A stretch of DNA of 56,074 nt, counting the filler, from Circinaria calcarea (taxonomy: Eukaryota): the NCBI GenBank assembly GCA_051942165.1. It is 2 parts of 2 records of this genome, joined end to end, with 100 filler letters (N's around TTAATTAATTAA, not from the genome) between each part and the next. Parts side by side here need not be neighbours in the genome. Positions count along the whole stretch, not along the records: positions 28,135 to 56,074 come from JAVECS010000061.1; 1 more part is not named here. The stretch is one strand, 5' to 3'. Below are positions 49,514 to 56,074 of the stretch, piece after piece; position 1 is the stretch's first letter, and each line of letters opens with the position of its first letter. A program made the position numbers and the translations under genes. The notes beneath the pieces were generated by a model. That model was given only the letters and a program-made list of their open reading frames with translations, was not told the origin of the DNA and made no database searches.

Positions 49514-50299
49514 ATGCCTCTAACAATAGAGATGTGCAATGACGCTGATATTGATCGGGTATTTCGAATAATGTCCGATGCCTTTCAACACAATCAACCA
49601 TACATTGACGCAGTCTTCCCCAAACATGATACACCCACCGGGCAAGTGCAGGGGAGGGATCGACTTCTGCAAATGAAGCACACAGATCCAACAATTCGGT
49701 TCATCAAAGCCGTGGACACAAAGACTGGGAAGATAGTTGGCCAAGCAAATTGGTTAATTCTAGAAAAGGAACCCACCGATGAACAGCTCGAAGGACACTT
49801 CTGGGAGAATGAGGACGAGAAAGAACACGCACAGCAACTTTTTGCTCAGTTCATGGTGCCGAGAATCGAGGCTGTTAAATCAGCCAAAGGCCCACTTATT
49901 GGTGAGTCTCCTTAGGTTCTTAATGTTTCCCAAGTTTGAAAGAGCTAATCTTGGAATCTTAGTGCTTGACATGCTTTCTGTCGATCCGGAGTACCAGAGT
50001 AGCGGCGCTGGGGCAATGCTCACTAGATGGGGAACAGAACTCGCAGACCAGATGCAAGCAGAGGTAAGTACCCAAAAACCCAAGCTACTTTTCGGAAGTG
50101 TTTGCTTTACAGTCATCGGAACAAAGCTAAAGTTTGAGCTACCTAGGCGATTGTAGAGTCGACCATGAATGCAGTACGCCTATACGAAAAGAACGGATTC
50201 CGTGGAGTGGAAGAGATGAAGTTTGAGTTTCCAGAAAAATACGCAGATAAGCCGAAGCCTAATTTGCTTTTTATGCGTAGACCAGCCGCTCAGGGGTAG
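49514..50299 (+). CDS. GNAT-family N-acetyltransferase, 3 exons
   Basis: Exons 49514-49901, 49963-50063 and 50147-50299. Motif A LSVDPEYQSSGAGAMLTRWG and motif B VESTMNAVRLYEKNGF. Confidence 0.9.
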
Positions 50300-50949
50300 C
50301 CATAAATATGCACTCACGCCCCTATATTTTAGCACATCAGAATTAAAGGAAATGCCCACCATGACCTAGATAAAGGCGAGCTCTATTATCCAGGCGAGTT
50401 TCTTGCTTCTTTCAGGGAATCCTTATGTATTCATAGATCTCTTATAGTCAAATAAACCCCTTACACAGGCAATCATCTGATGTGCAGGAGACAAACAATT
50501 GCTAATGAATTCAAGGCCTTGAAGCCATAATAGTGGTCTGGATAAGAAAGACATCAGTTCTCGACTTCTTAGACGGACGAGTGGAGACTTTCATCCAGAA
50601 GGAATCTGTTAGAAACTTACTCCGTGCTTCAAGGCTCCTTTCAATATAGCTTTTCCCTTGTAGTCGTAGCTTCGTATCCCAGACTACGTGCCGGGTTACT
50701 TCATGGCATCTCGCTTCGAAGGGCCATGGCGGAGGTACGAGAAGGGTAACAGGGTCCTACTCGGCTACTAAAATAGCGAACGATCGGAAATGCAAGGAAA
50801 GAAGACTGTCAGATGGCTGATAAGCGTACCCCACTACGCTTACGCTTAAGCTTGTTGGGATACGGCTATCATCCACTTGGAAAAGAGGTTGCATAGTTAC
50901 GCGGGCATAAAAGAAAGCGAAAACCAACATCCACTGCCGATCGGCTTTT

Positions 50950-50979
50950 CCGGGCCTTTACCGGGCCTTTACCGGGCCT
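50950..50979. repeat. 11-bp tandem repeat (CCGGGCCTTTA x~2.7) upstream of the second dioxygenase
   Basis: Directly visible about 170-200 bp upstream of the ATG at 51148. Confidence 0.85.
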
Positions 50980-51147
50980 AACGAGCCACCCAGATCTCTG
51001 ACGTTGTCATCGGAGGCTGAAAGCAGATGTGTTTTCCCTGAGGCGTAGGTACTCGTTGGTTTGACAAAGCCTCTATGCACTAGATCATACTATCCTCATA
51101 AGAACAATGGTTGATGCATATATATAGCACTTCTTGGTTATTCTACC

Positions 51148-52252
51148 ATGGAGCTTCCTGTTCTAGATTTAACCTGCTTTACTTCCGGTTCCGAATTGCA
51201 ACGTGCTGAGTTTATCAAGCAATTGATTGATAGCTTCAAAAGACATGGCTTTGTGAAGTTGGTAAACCATGGGTTCTCGGACAATGCCATTCAGGAGCTC
51301 TTCTACTGGGTATGGTCGACAGTTGCGGAAACGGTCTCTCAGGGCTAAATGAGCGTTCAAAATTGCAGAGCAAGCGTTTCTTTGACATGCCAGTAGACAT
51401 GAAAACAGCCGTCGCGAATCCACCGGGTCCAAACCCACAGCGAGGGTGGACTGGCTTCGGCATCGAGGTGACCTCGAAGCTCTCCGGAAAAAAGGGAGAT
51501 AAAGCAGTATCCGATGGAAAGGTGACCAACCTATTAAACAGCTTAGATGTGGCACCGAAAAACTAACGCCGCTAATGTAGGAACATTGGGACCAGGGACC
51601 AGCAGATGATCCCGATTTCCCCAACCGGTGGCTTGAGAATGCCGACTTGCCTGGCTTTCGTTCCTTCATGGAACCTTGTTACGAGCTCTGCAACAGGATC
51701 TGTTTGGAAATCATGAGGGCTCTGGAAATTGGATTGCATCTTACGGCCGACTCACTCACAGAGCGCTGTACCCCAAGGGCAAGCGACTTGCGCTTGAATC
51801 ATTACCCTGCTGTTGGTGTTAAGGAAATGAAGCAGGGTCGCATAACTCGTATTTCACCTCACACAGATTTCGGAATCATTTCTCTACTCCTCCAAGATAA
51901 TGTCGGTGGACTCGAGATTGAAGATCGAGTACACCCGGCATCATTCATCCCAGTCTTACCACGATCTTCAGGTGAAATGATTATCAACATTAGTGACACA
52001 CTTCAGCGATGGACAAACGACAATCTGCAGGCTGGGGTACATCAAGTTACCATACCATACCATACAAAAACCGATCGGGTGGTCATGCTTCCAGAAAGGT
52101 TTTCGATGGCATACTTTTTCAAAGCAGCGCGTGAGGTACCGGTTGGTCCATTGCCAATGTTCGTGAATAGTCAGCAACCGACAAAGTACAGAAGTATGAC
52201 TGCCTTAGAGTTTCAGCAATGGAGGAATCAGATGATGTACGCACCGATCTGA
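51148..52252 (+). CDS. 2-oxoglutarate/Fe(II) dioxygenase, paralog of 47794-48899, 3 exons
   Basis: Exons 51148-51309, 51369-51521 and 51581-52252. Motifs GFVKLVNHGF, DLRLNHYP, SPHTDFG, GVHQV and RFS. Its two intron positions match the first dioxygenase. Confidence 0.92.
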
Positions 52253-52474
52253 AACTTATAAGCCTGGAAAGTAAAGATAGACATGATAAGCATACTTGAT
52301 ATAGAGAATGAAACAAATAAAACTCTCCCATCAATAGTTTAGAAATTTATAAGGTGATCATGGTAGCCCTACTACTTTGTAGCACCATTACAATCACCAT
52401 TATTCTCGACTTGCCCGAAGTGGCTCGATACATTAAAGGCAGGGGCTTTGAAGGCAAATGGGTAAGGCGAGTAA

Positions 52475-52635
52475 TGTTGGAAGTCATAGGGCTTACTGAA
52501 GCATGTGTTGCATAGGAGGTCCATGCTCAACACTTCCTACACACATCATAAAAGCACTTTTCTTTACGTAGATAGCTTAGAAAGTTACATACTCAGATAG
52601 CATGAACGCCACCACACATTACTGCATGCTCAACA
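52475..52635 (-). mobile_element. Solo LTR, 161 bp (family A)
   Basis: Ends are TGTTG...CAACA and the sequence is close to the reverse complement of 42274-42434. GTAA flanks both sides (4-bp match). Confidence 0.9.
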
Positions 52636-53109
52636 GTAACTAGACCGAGTCAGCTCTGGAAGAAGAAATTCTTGTGAAACTCACGCAAGGAGGTTGCAAG
52701 CTTGAAGCTAATGCTGGAGGTGAGAAAGGTGGTACTGGAGGAGAGGAATTGGCGCTCAGGGTATGGATTAATTAAGCTGAAGAGATGCAAGGTGGTAAGA
52801 GCAGGCGTTGCGGTAGCTAGTATAAGATCCGCAAGCAGGGAAACGATCTAGTTCCAATAAAGTAGGTGCAGCCAGAGGAGGAGTAAGGTGTCCAAAAGCA
52901 AAGTGGGGGTAGTTAGAATTGGATTGAAGATGATGGTTATATGTCATACAAAAGAATTCGACTCTTTATATAGGGATCACTGGGGGAAGCGTGGTGGAAT
53001 ATTAAGGTGAGAGGCCTGAGAGAGAAGGCTTGAAGAAGTGACAGGTATGGGTCTGAGTAGGCTCTTCGTCATCACTTCTGCCAACAGCGAGCGTTGAAAT
53101 TATCCAATG

Positions 53110-53433
53110 AATCATGTTACTTTTACGCAGATTAAACATGAAATCACCACCAGTAGAAGCCAACTCTTCAAATTCTCTTCTCATAATTTCTGCGTAGTTG
53201 AATGCGGTAAACTGCGGTATCATTTTTCGAGCAGGTTCCTTAGTATTCCAGTTGATTGTGTTATAATAGATGTAACTGACCAGCTATGTGATATTGGAGA
53301 TAGTATGATCCTGCTTACAGTCTGCAAATGACAACATATGGATAAGGCGCTGTAATGCAACTCGTTCAAGTTTAGGGATGAGCTTGGACTGGACAAAGGT
53401 ATAACTTTCGCATGAGAAATATGAGTTCTGCCA
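53110..53433 (-). pseudogene. Relic of a fungal BTB/POZ-domain protein C-terminal helical region
   Basis: The reconstructed translation HAKV/YTFVQSKLIPKLERVALQRL..NIT*LVSYIYYNT..EPARKMIPQFTAFN..EFEELASTGGDF needs one frameshift and contains one in-frame TAG. Confidence 0.6.
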
Positions 53434-54199
53434 TAACGGTACTCAGAACATGGAAATTTCTTGTAGACCTTCCTTCCGGAGCAATGGCTTGTCGGGCCCG
53501 ACCATGAACTTTATCCTATGAAAGGCGCCTACCGGGCCCTTCGAAATAGGACCTAGGAATTGTTACAGCACAGGGACGATTCATGATGACCGAGTTCCGA
53601 GTTCCGAGTGCTATTATCTGGCTTTGCGTACCATAGTACGGGGCAGTTTTGACTTTCAAGCCCATACCATAAGCTTACGAGGAAGGAAATGGGGATAAGT
53701 TGCACACCCTAGTAAAAGGGTTTGTCTACGAACTTATATAGAGATTGAGCGGGGTATATATCAGGGATCGAGGAGGGGTGCTGCACACCCCCCTTGTGGA
53801 ACCCTACCCCACATAGGGTCTCTAATTCGAGTCAAACTTAAAGTAGCTAATGCGCGCGGAAAAAGGTCGCATAAATTCTAGTCGACGACATCAGGGCGTC
53901 AAGGGGAGAAAAAAAGTAACATGTGCTATACCATACTGGTCAGATGTCTAGTCAGGTTAACCATAAGCAGCGCTAGCAATAGCATCAACAGTGCACCAGC
54001 AGTATCCACTGCCAAAAACCATCAAAAACATAACATAACAAGCTCAGTAATACCACACTTGCTAAATCCCCCCCAAAAAATTTTATCATAAATACCATAC
54101 CATATCATACCACAAATAATAAAACCCACCATGAAAAAACCATCGTGAAAGGAAAAAATCTAATTTTCCCCCTAATACCACACCAAACGGTTAAAATAA

Positions 54200-55032
54200 C
54201 GGAAATTTACAAATTTATACCCCGAGAAGTTGAAATTTGCAAATTTGTACCCCATCTTACAAATTTATACCCCGCCGCGCAAATTTTATATTTTGGCGCG
54301 AATCGAACACAAAACCTCTTGTTATTGCAATTAATATATATTATTAAGCACTATGCATACTACAGTAGTGATAATCGTGGGAAATACGCGATGTAATATA
54401 AAACTGGCTGTACATAATCTAATAACCTGCAATCAATAAACTAGCTGCATATTCCATAGCCCCCCGCATTCAATTAACTCCTCAAACTGCGCAGTAGTAT
54501 TTCCTCATAACTATGCCACCCCCCGTAGCTTTCCTGCCAGCTCGTAGCTTTGATCCACCCACCTACCCCCCACCCACCGCCAACCAATTCATTTGCGTAT
54601 ATCGAGATGGCGGAGCAGTACCAGGAAGGGCAGGAAAACGAGAGCGACAGTGTCGAAGAAGTGTTGCCAGTTATAACACCAAGAAGAACGCGCTCGGGCA
54701 GGCTTATAGCCATGACTGCGAAAGCGCAAGCAGCAGAGGCAAAGGATTCGATAGGCGCTGTGGCGGTGGTAGCAGGGCGTACACGGCAGCGAGGAACATC
54801 TACATTGCGGTCAGTTAATCTACCAAGCAAGAAAAGAAGCAGGAAGAACACTTAGCTAGTTGAATATAATCAATTGCTCAGTTTGCGCGGCGGGGTATAA
54901 ATTTGTAAGATGGGGTACAAATTTGCAAATTTCAACTTCTCGGGGTATAAATTTGTAAATTTCCGAAATTTGTAAGATGGGGTACAAATTTGCAAATTTC
55001 AACTTCTCGGGGTATAAATTTGTAAATTTCCG
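54200..55032. mobile_element. Non-autonomous Mutator-like (MULE) DNA transposon, 833 bp, 84-bp TIRs, 9-bp TSD
   Basis: The left TIR 54200-54283 is the reverse complement of 54882-54965. The outer 67 bp of the right TIR is tandemly duplicated (54966-55032). TTAAAATAA flanks both ends (54191-54199 and 55033-55041). Confidence 0.88.
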
Positions 55033-55577
55033 TTAAAATAAAGTTGGGAAATCTTTCCAAAAGTAAAGTTGGGGGATGATGATAATAATAATAGAACTAC
55101 CTATAATAAACAAATTCACGAAAAGAAAGAAAATTAATTTTTAGTTGTTGGTGGTGGTTGGTGTTTTTCTAGAAAATTTTCATTTCAAACGACCAGATTT
55201 ACCATACCATACTCAATAAAAGCCGAGTATGGTATAGTTTTTCAGGGGTCCCTTATCTATGGTATGTGATTTAATTGAAAATTCCTCCCGAGCTATACAC
55301 AATTTCCACATTTGTTTAGACTACAGTAATAGTGTACGAAACCCTTACATTGCCGGTGCAGTGTGGTGTGGTGTACCCCTCCACACTGACACTATTAGGG
55401 TTGGGAGTGTGGTGCTCTACTGCCAGCGTTGGGTTAATGGGAGAGTCGGGAGACAAAGATCCATGAGTGGTGTAAGGGAAATATGTCATTCCGGTACAAC
55501 TCGCTGGACGTCATTGATTGATTTGATGGGATAGATTTAATGGATTACAATGCGGAAGACTTTGGCAAAGGTCTAGG

Positions 55578-56074
55578 TTACTCTTCTATCGATTGTATCT
55601 CGTTTTCGGGCCCCTCATCGCGAGACGACCGGGTCCGACTCTCAATCGACCATCCCGTCACCTTTTTGATAATCAGTTGCCTGCTGTCATTACTGTCGCT
55701 ACTGTGAAGAGCCCGGCTCGGATCTGGATGTGAGATGGTGGTTTGATGGGTGTTTTCATCCGGCCTCAGGGTCAGGGGGTCCGTACTTGGCTCTCCACTG
55801 GTAGGACTCTTGAGTCCTTCCAGTGAGATGGCTGATTTGCGGGTCTTGGAGTGGAACGCCGAGGAATTGGAGATGCCGCTCGAGTACTGCCCACCGCTGG
55901 TTTTGTACGACGAAGATCGGGGTCTTTCGTAGGCGGCCATGAAGGGTTTCAAACATGGAACGGTCGTGGCCAGGATGGCGTAACCGAGCTGGATTTGGGT
56001 GCAGCAGGCTGTGGCTGCGGCGGTCAAAGTAGGGTTGGAGGATTGAATCTCACGGTTCAAGTAGTAGAGGCGAA
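55578..56074 (-). CDS. Pth11-like integral membrane protein, 3' part only (runs off window)
   Basis: Motif CTQIQLGYAILATTVPCLKPFMAAY, then an S-rich cytoplasmic tail ending LIIKKVTGWSI. Confidence 0.75.
   Translation of the reverse strand, partial: RLYYLNREIQSSNPTLTAAATACCTQIQLGYAILATTVPCLKPFMAAYERPRSSSYKTSGGQYSSGISNSSAFHSKTRKSAISLEGLKSPTSGEPSTDPLTLRPDENTHQTTISHPDPSRALHSSDSNDSRQLIIKKVTGWSIESRTRSSRDEGPENEIQSIEE

Noticed and set aside
45498..52252. Identification as a known loline, peramine or echinocandin cluster
   Set aside because: The required core genes (PLP enzymes LolC/D/T or an NRPS) are absent from the window. Only family-level resemblance of the dioxygenases remains.
38650..52635. 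One composite LTR retroelement bounded by the two co-oriented LTRs
   Set aside because: The outer flanks differ (CTAGT versus GTAAC), the 52475 copy has its own flanking match, and no gag/pol or PBS is evident inside.
54200..55032. CRISPR-like array suggested by recurring AAATTTG/GGGGTA units
   Set aside because: The DNA is eukaryotic, and the units are TIR sub-repeats without unique spacers.
22250..56074. Calling the accessory block a Starship element
   Set aside because: No DUF3435 tyrosine-recombinase captain is visible and there are no paired boundary repeats. The TTAC at 22297 is not evidence on its own.

Overview
This is fungal genomic DNA from a filamentous ascomycete (Pezizomycotina), judged from short GT-AG introns with CTRAC/CTAAC branch sites. 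Bases 1-~22,200 form a conserved-looking core block: MED15/GAL11, an LMBR1-family protein, a TeaR-like CaaX protein, a UBL-BAG co-chaperone, sterol O-acyltransferase and AP-1 gamma adaptin, followed by one orphan ORF. From ~22,250 the DNA becomes accessory-like, with AT-rich patches showing a RIP-like signature. It carries a head-to-head gene pair. One gene encodes an uncharacterised protein with a C-terminal membrane segment. The other is a 5-exon, ~986-aa fusion of a trypsin-fold protease with a Cys nucleophile, a C2 domain and a catalytically degenerate Sch9-derived pseudokinase; this pair is the top candidate for an undescribed system. Next come ankyrin and Clr5-domain genes, three Pth11-like receptors, two amino-acid permeases, two HtyE/GloF-like 2OG-Fe(II) dioxygenases and a GNAT acetyltransferase, which may form a synthase-free amino-acid tailoring cluster. 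Mobile DNA includes four 161-bp solo LTRs and a non-autonomous Mutator-like element with a 9-bp TSD, and there is a BTB-protein pseudogene. A 100-bp artificial linker at 28035-28134 means adjacency across that point is unproven. All exon structures and family assignments were made by eye; no database search was run.
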